Below are positions 20,456 through 31,673 of a DNA stretch of 64,000 bases, in pieces. Location: positions 1 through 64,000 of the forward strand of contig JALAGF010000577.1 in NCBI GenBank assembly GCA_030167865.1. The letters are read 5' to 3'. Under the pieces are notes generated by a model that was not told where the DNA came from, did not search any database, and saw nothing but the letters and a program-made list of their open reading frames with translations. The stretch's first letter is position 1. Each line of letters begins with the position of its first letter. Position numbers and translations under genes: made by a program. The stretch is from Craspedostauros australis (lineage: Eukaryota).

Positions 20456-23400
20456 TTAAGCGAAGTCATCATCGTCATCGCCGACATCTCCGTAACGCCA
20501 CATTCCGGAACGAGACTTGCGTGCAACCTCCTTGGCGACCTCCAAGGACGCGGCCAGCTTCAGGACGTTGGAACCGTCCACCATGTTGGCTGCCATTTTC
20601 TGGGCCACGACCGGCTTCGCGACGATGGCCAGGCCAGAGCTGACGAGCTCCTCGTTGATGGATTCACCGGACGCGGAGAGCAGGTTGATCGCCATCTTGC
20701 CGTTCTCGTCGACGCCATGGATCTTCGCGGCGAGGTCCTTGCCCCAGCACAGGCCCTGGAACTTTCTGGCGGCCTCGACGCCTTCATCGCTGCTGAGAGG
20801 ACGCGTGGTCACCAAGGCGAGGACGGCCTCCTTTGCGACGGGTGGGATTCGGTCGGTTCCCAAACTCACGTCGAGGGGACGGAGGTGGCTGGAGAGCGGC
20901 ACGGTGGCGAGGTTGCCGTGATCGAGGAAGAGGACGGTGACCTTGAAGCCCTTCTTCTCGACGATCTTGGCTCTGTACCAGCTCTTGCCACTTCCATCAT
21001 CGAACAGGGCAGCGACGACCTTGCCGTTCTTGACGTCGCACGGTGCGCCTTTGGTTCCATTGTTCGAGGTGAAGAGCTTCATGCTCTCATCGATCACCTT
21101 GACGGCGTCATCATTGGCGGTGTGGAAGAAGAAATGGCTGCCGCTTCGAATCTCGCTGACACGAATCGATGCAATCTGATCCGTGTACTTCTCCGGAGCT
21201 TTCACCTGCTTTGTTTGCGTTGGTCGCGCGACCGACCAGAGGCCAATCTTGCTCTGCTGTGCCACGGTCTGCGCATCGACAAGTTGCTTTGGCACCTCTC
21301 CGTATTCCAGCTTCTTCTGATCGACGGTTCCGAGTCCAGCACCGACGATTTCGAGGCCGTAGTCGCGTCGTTGCCCGCCCTGCCCGACGAAGAGGGTGCC
21401 GGTGATCACACCGCCCATGGTCACGTCTTTGCACATAATCTCGACGGATCGTTGGTGGACTGTCAGGCGTGCGTGGCGCTTCGAGGCGTCGCCGAATGGC
21501 TCGGCCACCTTGCCTTGGCGAGCACCTGGATTGGGGGATGGCTGAGGGCAGCGGATGTAGTTTGGCGCGAAGACGATGTGGCAGTTCTCCGATGGGACGA
21601 GCATCTTGAATCGCGCTCCGCTGAAGCAGTACTCGACGATGGCCTTGATGGTCTTGGCTCTCACCAACGATCCGGAGTAGGCCTTGGCCTTGCGCGGTTC
21701 TGTCAGATCGTTGATGGCTCCGCGCTTGTACTCCTTCTCGGAATGCACGCCCTTCTTTGCCGAGCTGGCTGCGGCTTCCGCTGCTCTCAGATCGTCGTAG
21801 CGTGGCGATTTCTCATCGTCATCTCTGTGGCGCTGGGTGGTGGCAAGACCTTCGGCCACGAGCACCTCCCCGACGTCCGGCTTCTGCTTCGTGGAGACGG
21901 TACCGAATTGACGTCGTTCCGAGGTTTCGCCCAGCGGGATGTCACGCTCGTAATGTATCTGAACCTTGCATGGCTTTCCGACGGTCATCACGCGGAGCCT
22001 GTCCTTGCATTCGTGGCAGTACGTTTCGTCAGAACGTCCGATGCGCTCGTTACCAAGACGCGGTGCCCTGACGGATGCCAACGAAACCTTCTTCAGCACA
22101 GCCTCGGAATCGTACGCGACGCCGCTTGGCAGGATCGAGAGCGTGTCCCCAGTGAGCACCTCCACGACGGTTCCGATGATCTCGGAAGCGCCAGACAGCG
22201 TTGGTGGTGCGTACGAGTGCCAGATCTTTGTGTTGGTGCGCTTGGCGCCGTTCTCGGCGATTCGCAGAGCAGGCACGTCATGCGGCTTCATGAGTCTGAC
22301 GCTCCAGTCGGACATTTTCGCAAGGCCGCCCTTGAGAAGCTCGACCGAGATGTTGCCCTTGGGATGGTGGACGGTTCCGATGGCGCAGATGCCTGCCTTG
22401 TCGGTGCCGCACAGGCTGATCTCAAGCTCTCGCTGCAGCAGTCGGAGCTCCACAAACTGTCTGGCCTCCTCAGCGAATGGCTCCGGCGGGACCGGTGGGT
22501 CGCTGCGCTGGTTGCCGATTCGTGGAGCCGAAATTCCCGCAAGCAGCATGGTGAAGGATCCGAACTGGAGATCGCCCATGGCAGGGTCCGTCACCTGACA
22601 CCGCAATCGACTTCCGTCGAAGATGTACTCGATGACGCACTTGATCTTGCCCTGCGCGCCGAGCTTTTGCGACAGCTGCACGAGGCTGAGCGTTTGGAAG
22701 TCTTCGCCGGCATTCTTTAGCGTACGGATGAGCGGTTGATCGCTGTGGATGCCTATCTGGTCCTTCTTGGCATCCTCGTATGCCTTGAGAAGCGCAGCTT
22801 GGTACTCGTCCATCTCGGCGTCGGCGTCCTCCGAAGTCTTGGACTCCGCCTGTCCGTACTGGATGGATTTGGGCGTTGCGTTTCCGTTGCGAACGACCTG
22901 CACGGCGACGTTGGCCGGTGGCTCCGTCGATCCGGCAGGCGCAAAGAAGAGCAACCCGTAGACACGATCACCTGCGGATGCACCCTGCTTGCGGGTTTCG
23001 AAGTTCACCATCTTGCCAACCAAAAGCTTGCGAAGTCCCTCTCTCGCCATGAAGGCACCTGGCTCGTCGATGTTGGCGTTGGCCTTTGATGCCATTCTGC
23101 GTGATGCGTGCGTTCGTGCGTGCGTTGGCAGAGTAGAGTTGTTAGTTCGTTTGCAACAATACAATCACAATCACCATTGTTATCGTCGTGATCGTCGACA
23201 TAATCAGTGTCATGGTCGTTGCCGAAACAGATGGTGGGCGTCAGTGTTGAAGTGTGAGGTACAGCAATGCGTATTGGCATACTGCGACAACTGCCGCACA
23301 ATAGATCAGCAAGCCGCATGCAACAAGATACATTGCATGGCATGGCATGGACTTGCGCATGCCATTGTCGCAGCATCCTCCTGAAGCTCCTCCCTGCAAC

Positions 23401-23795
23401 ATGCAACACATGCAACATGCAACAACCTCCCCACATGTTGCAGACGTCAACAATCGACAAAAATCAACACGCTTCGGCGCGGATCTTTGGATGAAGATAT
23501 TTTTGACCAATCCGATCTTTGCATTTTCGTATTCAACGTCGTGCTTGCTTGAATACGAAATTGTGGCTTGCAATAGGCTTTTTGCGAAAACCAACAAAAC
23601 GGCAACAACCACCGTTCTTGCTCACCTTGGCGCGGTGATGGACTCGAGGGTGAAGACGACCTCCGGTGCTTTTCCGTTGCCTGCCGTGGACTTGCCAAGC
23701 AGGATGACGGTGTCGCCGCTGAGGACGTTCTTCACGAGGGCGGTTCCCCTTGCGGGGAGGATGGTTGGTCGGGTGGCTACGGCTGGGTTGGACAT
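20456..23795 (-). CDS. SND1: Tudor staphylococcal nuclease (Tudor-SN/p100); exons 23795-23626 and 23096-20456
   Basis: Four SNase repeats (VKNVLSGDT; IEYIFDGSR; VVEVLTGDT; VEYCFSGAR), a Tudor domain (ALFDDG..WYRAKI...FLDHGN) and C-terminal GMWRYGD. The GT-AG intron 23625-23097 joins TAPR/MASK in frame. Confidence 0.96.
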
Positions 23796-24821
23796 GGTCT
23801 CCTTGTCTTGCTGATGGCGTTGCGGTGCTGGTGCTGGTGCTGGTGGCGTTGATGGTGGCTGTGTGGCGTTGATGTGTGTCTGTTCGTGTTGATGACCCGA
23901 TTGTGCGGACGACAGCGCAAGTTTTGGTGCAAAGGATGTGAGGTGGGTGAGGTGGCGAGAGAGACGTCCGGACGGCGAGATGGCGAGACGGCGGTCTGCG
24001 GATCCACAAAGACCGCCAATTTTCGTGATGACGGTTCGCGAATGCCGATGATCTTGGATGACGTCAAACGGTATTGGATACAGCGTGACTGAAAGGGACA
24101 TCGCACGGAGTTTTCCTGGTCGTACATTCTGTCTGGGAGGCACAGAGACATTTCTCCACTGATTTGTCGAATGCACGGTGAATACGGCTCGCCGGGGAAA
24201 TAGGCCGTCGGGATCATCCGAAGCCTTATGCAAACCATGAGTAAACAAGACGTAAACAGGGATTCTGACCGTGGTTTGGTTGCCACGGACGAGAAATTTG
24301 GAAGGTCTTTCGGAGTGTTGTTGTGACAAAGAGTTTCGAGGCATTTCGCAACATCGCAATGCCACGCGACGACATTCTCATCCGTGTCCGCCATCACAAA
24401 ACCAGAGAGCTGACAGAAACAAGAAACGCAACTGCTTTTCCGAGCAAAGACGCGAGAGAGAGACAAACCACCATTGCGCATTTGACATCACACCAGAAGT
24501 ACGTGAACAGCGAGGCACAAGAAACAAAGCACAAAGTCGCACAGAACAACGGAATAGAGCAGAACCCAACACACCGCAACATACCTCAACACAACGCAAC
24601 ACAACGCAATACAACACTCGCGTGAGACAACCAACCGAACGCAAACTAATCATAAAACCGAAAGACCAAGAAGTGCGCAACACTCTCCCAACTTGTCCCA
24701 CATCAACCCATCCGAATCCAACTCCAAACAACCCCACACAACTCCACGAGTACACAACTCTACACCGCTCAACGCAACACCGCTCAAGCCCAACTCGAAC
24801 TTCAGCTCAGCGCCATTCACG

Positions 24822-25901
24822 ATGAACCACATCGCTTCCGTCCAAATCCCACAACAATCATTCTCTCACTTTCCTCACTTTCCAAACTTTGAACAACAGC
24901 ATCAACAACATCAACAAGCTCAACAAGGAATGATGGCAACTCACATAGCAATGCAGCATCAGCAGCAGACCCACCAACAGGTGCACCATCCACGACACAT
25001 GGCGCCACACTCTCCCTCATCTACGGATGAGAGGCTGCACGCCGCAAGGGAGATGCTGCGTCTGGGAACCGAGACCAGCGACATCAACAACGCCGAAATT
25101 GTCCTCTACAAGGCCTGTGAGGTCCTCGAGAACTGGGCCGACGACTTCGAAGAACAGCAAGCGCAGCGGCACACCTCCGAGGCATCTGCATCCTCCACCA
25201 ACCATCGCCACCAGCAGCACCAGCACCAACAACATCACTTTGCACCAGCATCGCCAGCAGCAGCACCACCAGCAATGGTCAACGGCCATTTGGCGCAGGA
25301 GCCAGATCAGCAGGACATCGCCGAAAACCCTTTCTGCGTCATGCTCGCCCAGGCCAAGCACCGTTTGGCGCAGGTCTGCCTGCTGAGAGGGAATCTCGAG
25401 GTGGCCTGCAGACTGTTCCTCCAGGTCCTGCTTCATGATCCAGACACGTTGTCGCCGGCGGCTCTCGCCATGGCATGGTACGACGTGGGCCTTATCTACA
25501 TCACCTATGGCAAGGTGGAACATGCGCAGGCAGCACTCAAGCAGGCCTTGGTGTTGTTGTACTCGCAAGCCACCGCCAACAATAGCGGCGGCAACAACGA
25601 CAGCAACAGCATGGACACCGACACCGCAACAGCAGCGCCGCACGGACACGTCGACGAGACGATGCAATTCTTCATCCAGCAGGCCATCAAGCAGACCACC
25701 TCGATGCAGCACGGCATTCCGCCATTCCATCTCGGCACCAACAACCTGCCGTGGAGCGTGCAGTTCACAATGACAACGTACAGCTACGACGACCCAACGA
25801 CGGAGCAGCAGGCGGGCGACTCCCGATCGCCGCAGGACTTTATCCTCGAGGAGACGCAGCGATTGCTCGATCCCTCCGTGCACCATGCGGCAGCGGCATA
25901 A
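24822..25901 (+). CDS. Q/H-rich protein with TPR-like helical repeats
   Basis: LAQAKHRLAQVCLLRGNLEVACRLFLQVL and LAMAWYDVGLIYITYGKVEHAQAALKQAL fit the TPR consensus. ATG at 24822; the protein ends HHAAAA. Confidence 0.75.
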   Translation: MNHIASVQIPQQSFSHFPHFPNFEQQHQQHQQAQQGMMATHIAMQHQQQTHQQVHHPRHMAPHSPSSTDERLHAAREMLRLGTETSDINNAEIVLYKACEVLENWADDFEEQQAQRHTSEASASSTNHRHQQHQHQQHHFAPASPAAAPPAMVNGHLAQEPDQQDIAENPFCVMLAQAKHRLAQVCLLRGNLEVACRLFLQVLLHDPDTLSPAALAMAWYDVGLIYITYGKVEHAQAALKQALVLLYSQATANNSGGNNDSNSMDTDTATAAPHGHVDETMQFFIQQAIKQTTSMQHGIPPFHLGTNNLPWSVQFTMTTYSYDDPTTEQQAGDSRSPQDFILEETQRLLDPSVHHAAAA

Positions 25902-26744
25902 GATGTCATCGCAGCGAGCGATGCCTCCGCGGCCGACATATCCGCAACATGGCGCAATGTCAGGGCGGGGACATAAATCGAGCATGTACCTCAGAGGGAC
26001 AAGCAGACAAACCAAAATCGCGAGCATGTCCATCCACGCCATACTCTAGAGGACAACAGGGGGAACACAAAACAGAAACGACAGATCGAATCGAAACATC
26101 GCAATTAAATGAATTAACCAAGAAGTCTTGTACTTTAGATGCAGAACCAAACCACTCAATGATTGTGACTTGGTTTCGGGAGACTCTGCGGCACGATGCC
26201 GTCTGCATGGAACAGCCACCATCGAGTGTTGCGTCGAAGGGAGTTGATCAACACACGACATCTTGCGCTCCGTTGGTATGCACCGGACGAGTAGCTCGGA
26301 GTACTGTCGCCATCATACAAGTATGTCCGCGCAGTGCTTTACGGTGCTGTGCGACAACTACGGACTCGGACGCCCGAGCATTCAAGACTACGGCACGGAC
26401 CTTGGGATCGAAAATGGCATGTCGTATCCTATCGCATCCTTGCTTCCGACAAACAAAAAGTACTCTACTCCGATAAAGTGCATGGTGCGACACCCAATAC
26501 TCGAACAAGTCATCAAAAGAAACATGAATTAAATCTGCAGGTTTACAAGTATTCGTGCGTATCGAACCATTCTTGCTGCAGTGTTCCTCTCTAATCGTAG
26601 AGAGATACATATGCGTCGAGTACCATCCGACTGTTGGTGGCACGAATGGTGACTGATGGCATCGTTGACGCACCATACGCGCTCGTGGTTTCGCTGGAGT
26701 GAGAATGGCACAGAACCTATGCGGAGGCTTGCCTCGTTGTGACC

Positions 26745-27821
26745 TCAGTCAGCAGCGCCCCCGCCATCGCGACTCCACCACAGGGGATCGTCGACGCTGC
26801 GGGATGCCCAGTCTTCATTCAACGAGGCAAAGTCGACGGACACATCATCTCGATCATTGTGCACCACGCGGAATGAGAACCATCGCACCGGCGAATGGGT
26901 GGGCATGTTGCCGTTGCTCGTGTCTCCACGATGGCCGTTGCGGGTCGTGGCCTGGTTGCCACCCAGCAACGCTTCTTCCATGGTGCTGTCGCGCGGCGCT
27001 CCCGGTGGCTTGTTCCACCACCACGGCCGTTGATTCATGCTTTGGGCGTTGCCGATGTTCATGGAAGTTGCCTCCGCCTCGATGTAGTATTCGTAATCCA
27101 GCACCAGATACTTGTGAATCAAGGCCCACCGGATGCATTCCCAAACCGCGAGCCCTGCGAATATGAGCAGAAGGACAAAGCGTTTGGGCGTGTGGTTGTC
27201 GAAGGGATTGGTCGGGTGCGTGCCAGCCTTGACGAAGACCATGTTGACCAGATGCGAAAGGCTCCTGTAGAGGCGCCGGCGCGGAACAAACCACGCCACC
27301 AGCGTCATGAGGAGATACGCGGAGGCCGTGAACAAGCTGATGTAGCCCGATGCCATCCAGCCGCACTTGGAGTGGGTCACCGCCGTGATGAATCGCAGGA
27401 GGAGCAGCCCGCACCAGGTGCAGAGCAGGACGATGTGCACCTGATCCTTCGGGTTGAGAATGAAATGGCACGAGAGGACCGTCGTGGCGAGGATGGCATC
27501 AATGATGTGCAGCGCAAGAAGGAAACGGCGGAACCGCTTCAATCCCAGCGGGTACGGATCCTCGTCTTGCTCCTCCTCCGGTCGTGCTCGTTGCTGTTGC
27601 CACGCATTCGCCGCCGCGGGGTTGGACGTGACGCCACCGCCGCGTGCTGGGTTGGTGGCCGCTGCAGCCGCTGCGGACGACGACGCTCCGTTCATCCCGA
27701 ACGCTGCTCTCGTCCATGCAGGCTCTCCGTCATCGTCCGTCCCGCCTTGCGATGCCTGTGCCGCCGAGTTGGCTTGCTCCAACGAAGCAGCATCCCACGG
27801 ATTGTCGTCGTCGGCTGCCAT
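26745..27821 (-). CDS. Four-TM membrane protein of unknown function with Trp-rich C-terminal motifs
   Basis: ATG at 27821 (MAADDDNPW). Hydrophobic segments FLLALHIIDAILATTVL, IVLLCTWCGLLLLRFI, YISLFTASAYLLMTLVAWF, FVLLLIFAGLAVW. Confidence 0.75.
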   Translation of the reverse strand: MAADDDNPWDAASLEQANSAAQASQGGTDDDGEPAWTRAAFGMNGASSSAAAAAATNPARGGGVTSNPAAANAWQQQRARPEEEQDEDPYPLGLKRFRRFLLALHIIDAILATTVLSCHFILNPKDQVHIVLLCTWCGLLLLRFITAVTHSKCGWMASGYISLFTASAYLLMTLVAWFVPRRRLYRSLSHLVNMVFVKAGTHPTNPFDNHTPKRFVLLLIFAGLAVWECIRWALIHKYLVLDYEYYIEAEATSMNIGNAQSMNQRPWWWNKPPGAPRDSTMEEALLGGNQATTRNGHRGDTSNGNMPTHSPVRWFSFRVVHNDRDDVSVDFASLNEDWASRSVDDPLWWSRDGGGAAD

Positions 27822-28985
27822 GGTTCCTTTCTTGTCGTTGCTGTGTTTGTTCGTGCAATTGGCTTGTGCGTATCCTTTTGGTGATCTTCGTGGTGATCTT
27901 TTTGGCCGTGGGTTCATGCGAAGCTGATGCTCCGGTCGTCCCACAACAGCGCCTTCAAGGGAGGGACTGCGACTGCGACTGCGATTGCGATTATGGCTGC
28001 GATTATGGCTGGCACTCGATTGCTTGCGATGCACCAAATGATGCTGTCTGCATACAACTTCGCTTGTGCTTCTCTCTCTTTCTTTCTCTCTAGTGAAATC
28101 GTATGACACTTGCGTCCCTTCGATGTCACTCGTGCAAGTAAGAGTACGAGTACGTGTAGATCCTTATGGATCCGTTGCGTTGCTGCTTCGAGACAGTTCT
28201 CTTCTGCGCTGTGCTGCTTTGGTTGTGCCTTCTTGCTGTAGCTGCAGCTGTTGTTGTTGTTGTGACTGTTCCTCGAACGTGTCTCGTTGCAGCTCGCGAT
28301 TCTTTCTTGTTCGTGTTTCGTTCGGTGTCACACGAAAAAGAGATTGGGGTTTGCGGTGATTGAAGAGATAGTATTATCGAAAGATGGGAGTTGTTCGTGT
28401 TTGATTCCTCCATTGAGTCATGTTCAAATGGGCCGAATTGCTCAGACATGGATCATGTTGCGAACACGAGCTCTGTATCGACGGACACGATAGTTCGATT
28501 ATGATGGGTGGAGTTCTCATATCCGTCCCAGAAAGCAGCTTGGGCACACCATCACTGTTTGATTTCTGCTCTCAGGGGTGATTACGAACTGCCTGACAGT
28601 ACGTTCTGCGCATCTGCCTGTTCGCGGCACGAGGAATCCAAATCAACAACGATAGTTGCGGCAAGTTCCGGCGCGACATCACGGGTTGTTGGTCGGATGC
28701 GGAAGCGATTGCCACTTTCTCACCCACTTTCTCACCCACTCTCTCTGTCTCTCTGTTGTTGTTGGTGAAAGGTCTGCAGCCAGAGTTGGCAGAAGCGCAC
28801 ACTTCCCGTTCGCACGACCGAACCACCATGAACTCGCACACCTCCTACACCGACACCAACTCACTGATCCTCACCATCACACGAGTATAGTCAACGTTGG
28901 CTCCGCAATCCACCACTACCGGTGCACTCTATTCCTATCTGCCCCTTCCATCGTCCCAGCATCGCTTCCATCGTCCTGATCCACG

Positions 28986-31067
28986 ATGATGACAAGTACT
29001 GAAAAAGAAGGTGCCGTCTCACCGCCTGCAGAGAAAGATGCCACCACTCCGGAGCCATCTACTGCCGACTGCGCACCAGCGCAGATCTTCGCCCATGCCG
29101 AGTTGGTGCAACAAGACCAAGCGAGCGTGTCTCTGGATCAACGACGACGCATCGAGGCCGAGATAACACAGAGAGCGCTGGCGGAGGCGCCGGAGGCCCA
29201 GGTCGTTGTCCACCGTCCTCAGGACAGCAGCGACTCCTCCACCCCTCCGAAGGGAGAAGAGCAGAGGCGGGGACGAATAGGCCTCCTCTTGCTTTGCTTT
29301 TCTGTTGCTGTCATCGCTGTTGTTGTTATCGCTCTCGCGGCGAGTGGTCGATTCGAGAAATCGAACAAATCGACTAGAAATGATAAACAGCCCATCAACA
29401 GCGTCAACATCACTGACGTCCCTGAGAGCACAGCTGTTCCAACGACATCTTCCCCAACGACATCTTCCCTGACCGAAGAAGTATCTGAAACACCGTCAAT
29501 CTCGGTCAACCCCACACCATCGCCATCGATGCATCCGACGCACTCGCCGACCTTGGGCGACAACCAAGACTGCGACGCAGCGCACCCAGTTGGCATCGGG
29601 TACAGTAACAGAGCCGTGGGCTCCATCGCAAACCGGACCATCGAAGACGTGCATCAGTTTGTATGCGCACAGCAAGTTTTCCTCGCCAATCCTGGCTTGT
29701 GGTATCGGTTTCAGTCAGAGAAGACGCAACCTGTTACAACACACGTGACGGATGGCTACTTCGCACATGTCTTCGGCGCTCCGACATCTGTGCACCACTT
29801 AATCTCATGTTCCTTCATGTTATGCGTCTCGTCGATACTGTACGAACCAACCACACGACGCGAATCATGGATTGCGGAAGCGGGCAAAGTCTATCTCGTC
29901 GCAGTTCTATTCGACGCAAGCCCAAGCTCAACTATATTCGAGCTGAGCTTGCTGCCGAATGACAATTCGATGTTCCCCTATGGCCCCATCACGCCTGACT
30001 GGGCACTCTTTCCTGGATCGGTCGCAGTTGGCACATCCTTGATTCCGTCTGACGGCGACAGTTCATCCATTCGTGGTGGGAACGACAGAAGACTTAGCAT
30101 CAATAACAGCTTCGGCAGCGCAAACACCATGGCAGATGAAAGCCTGGCCCCATCTTGTGGTTCGGCCACAGCTCAGACCACCGGTGGCGCGTGGTACAGC
30201 GTGATCGGAAATGGTGAGTTGATTGAAGTGGCCACATGCGGCCTCGCTGATTGGGACACTCAGATCTCCGTCTTTGAGCTTGAAACGTACGTTGGTGCTG
30301 ACCTTACTCCTGCTGATGCTGCGGCTGATACTGAGTATGACCGCTGGCGCAGGGGTGAGATCAGCTTCGAAGCCTTGTTGTCATCTCGTACCAACCACAT
30401 GCAGTGCGTGGTTGGCGACGACGACAGTTGCGGCGCACAGCAGAGCAGAACCGTCTGGAGCAGCAAAGAAGGGCACATATACTATGTTCTGGTGCACGGA
30501 AAGCCTGGCCAGGGAGGCGACTTTCAAGTTTCCATCGCTGATGCTTCAATCCCTGAAGTGATCGATGGTGATCATTGCACCAATGCGCTCGACACCAATC
30601 ATGCCGTCTTCGTCATATCCAATGATCCCATCATTATCGGCGACAACATCATCTCAGATGAGGACTTGATTGATTGCAGTATGGGTGGAGACATCTTCTT
30701 GGATTCGGCGACCCCTGACGCCAATGTCCCATCTGACTGCCACCATAACCTCGGATTTCCGCGGCTGAATAGCACGGATCCAACTGGACTGTGGTACCGA
30801 GTGGACGGAACGGGTAAGTTGTTCACCCTCAAGGCACCATACTTCACAAATGGCGCGCAAGAGGCCCTGGGTCTGTCCGTGATGGGTTATCCCAGAAGGC
30901 TGAGGAGTGCAGGGTGCGACCAACTCATCTGCATGATCCAAGACTGCATCAACGGGTGCTCTTGGCAGACCGACAAGGACTACACGTACGTCCTGTATGG
31001 TTACGGGTTCCCAGAAATCACCGGGCTGCACGGTTTGAGCTTTTACATCATCGAAACTGAATCTTAG
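28986..31067 (+). CDS. Type II single-pass membrane protein with an S/T/P stalk and three Cys-containing beta-sandwich-like extracellular repeats
   Basis: TM segment IGLLLLCFSVAVIAVVVIALAA, then a PTTSSPT stalk. Repeats are marked by GLWYRF, GAWYSV and GLWYRV, each ending W.[AST]..G..Y.V. Confidence 0.82.
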   Translation: MMTSTEKEGAVSPPAEKDATTPEPSTADCAPAQIFAHAELVQQDQASVSLDQRRRIEAEITQRALAEAPEAQVVVHRPQDSSDSSTPPKGEEQRRGRIGLLLLCFSVAVIAVVVIALAASGRFEKSNKSTRNDKQPINSVNITDVPESTAVPTTSSPTTSSLTEEVSETPSISVNPTPSPSMHPTHSPTLGDNQDCDAAHPVGIGYSNRAVGSIANRTIEDVHQFVCAQQVFLANPGLWYRFQSEKTQPVTTHVTDGYFAHVFGAPTSVHHLISCSFMLCVSSILYEPTTRRESWIAEAGKVYLVAVLFDASPSSTIFELSLLPNDNSMFPYGPITPDWALFPGSVAVGTSLIPSDGDSSSIRGGNDRRLSINNSFGSANTMADESLAPSCGSATAQTTGGAWYSVIGNGELIEVATCGLADWDTQISVFELETYVGADLTPADAAADTEYDRWRRGEISFEALLSSRTNHMQCVVGDDDSCGAQQSRTVWSSKEGHIYYVLVHGKPGQGGDFQVSIADASIPEVIDGDHCTNALDTNHAVFVISNDPIIIGDNIISDEDLIDCSMGGDIFLDSATPDANVPSDCHHNLGFPRLNSTDPTGLWYRVDGTGKLFTLKAPYFTNGAQEALGLSVMGYPRRLRSAGCDQLICMIQDCINGCSWQTDKDYTYVLYGYGFPEITGLHGLSFYIIETES

Positions 31068-31673
31068 AGGGGTGACTGGGCAAGGAAGAGTGGAGTACCG
31101 GTGTCCACGAATAGTCTGACGATCTGTATAGTAGAGTACGACCTACTCTACATGTACTCCACAGTGTCAAAGATGAGGAAACTCGTATTATGCAAGGCGC
31201 AAACATCCTCCTCCAGCGTCAGCGCCAGTCACCATTGCACAATCGAGAAAGTAATCGTAAAATTGGCCCTGGAGACCACTCAGCAGCCTGCACAGTCTTC
31301 CATGCTCTGCATTCCCTCCTCCTTGGCTGCGACACTCTCTCGCTCTAGCTTCGAGTACAACTAACTCTTCTCCAATCTTTTGCTGGCGAAAACTCCGCGA
31401 AAAAGGTTGTCCTGTTTGTGCCCATTTTAGGGGTACATTCTTGAATGTGTATTTGCAATAAGGTTCAGATCAGTTGAACAACGTGTCACCACCACAAAAC
31501 GCACAGAACACGAAACAGATTCATCCCACAAACACGTGTGGTGTTCCTTTTCTCAAAACGACGAAAGGAACAAAAACAATTGCATCCATGAAACGAGAAG
31601 TGTCTTCAACGTTCAACATTCTACAGCACAAACCAGCAGAGGACAAGTTCAGCATTCCGGAGGAATACAAAGC

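Noticed and set aside
20717-22720. 667-aa ORF antisense to Tudor-SN (similar shadows at 14192..15478, 25017..26042, 26895..27884 and 60337..61263)
   Set aside because: These are expected antisense shadows of GC3-biased coding sequence and contain no recognisable motifs.
23097-23625. Possible snoRNA or other ncRNA within the long introns (SND1, LYRM7, CRAL-TRIO)
   Set aside because: No convincing C/D or H/ACA box pair with a terminal stem was found by eye, and the content is mostly simple repeats.
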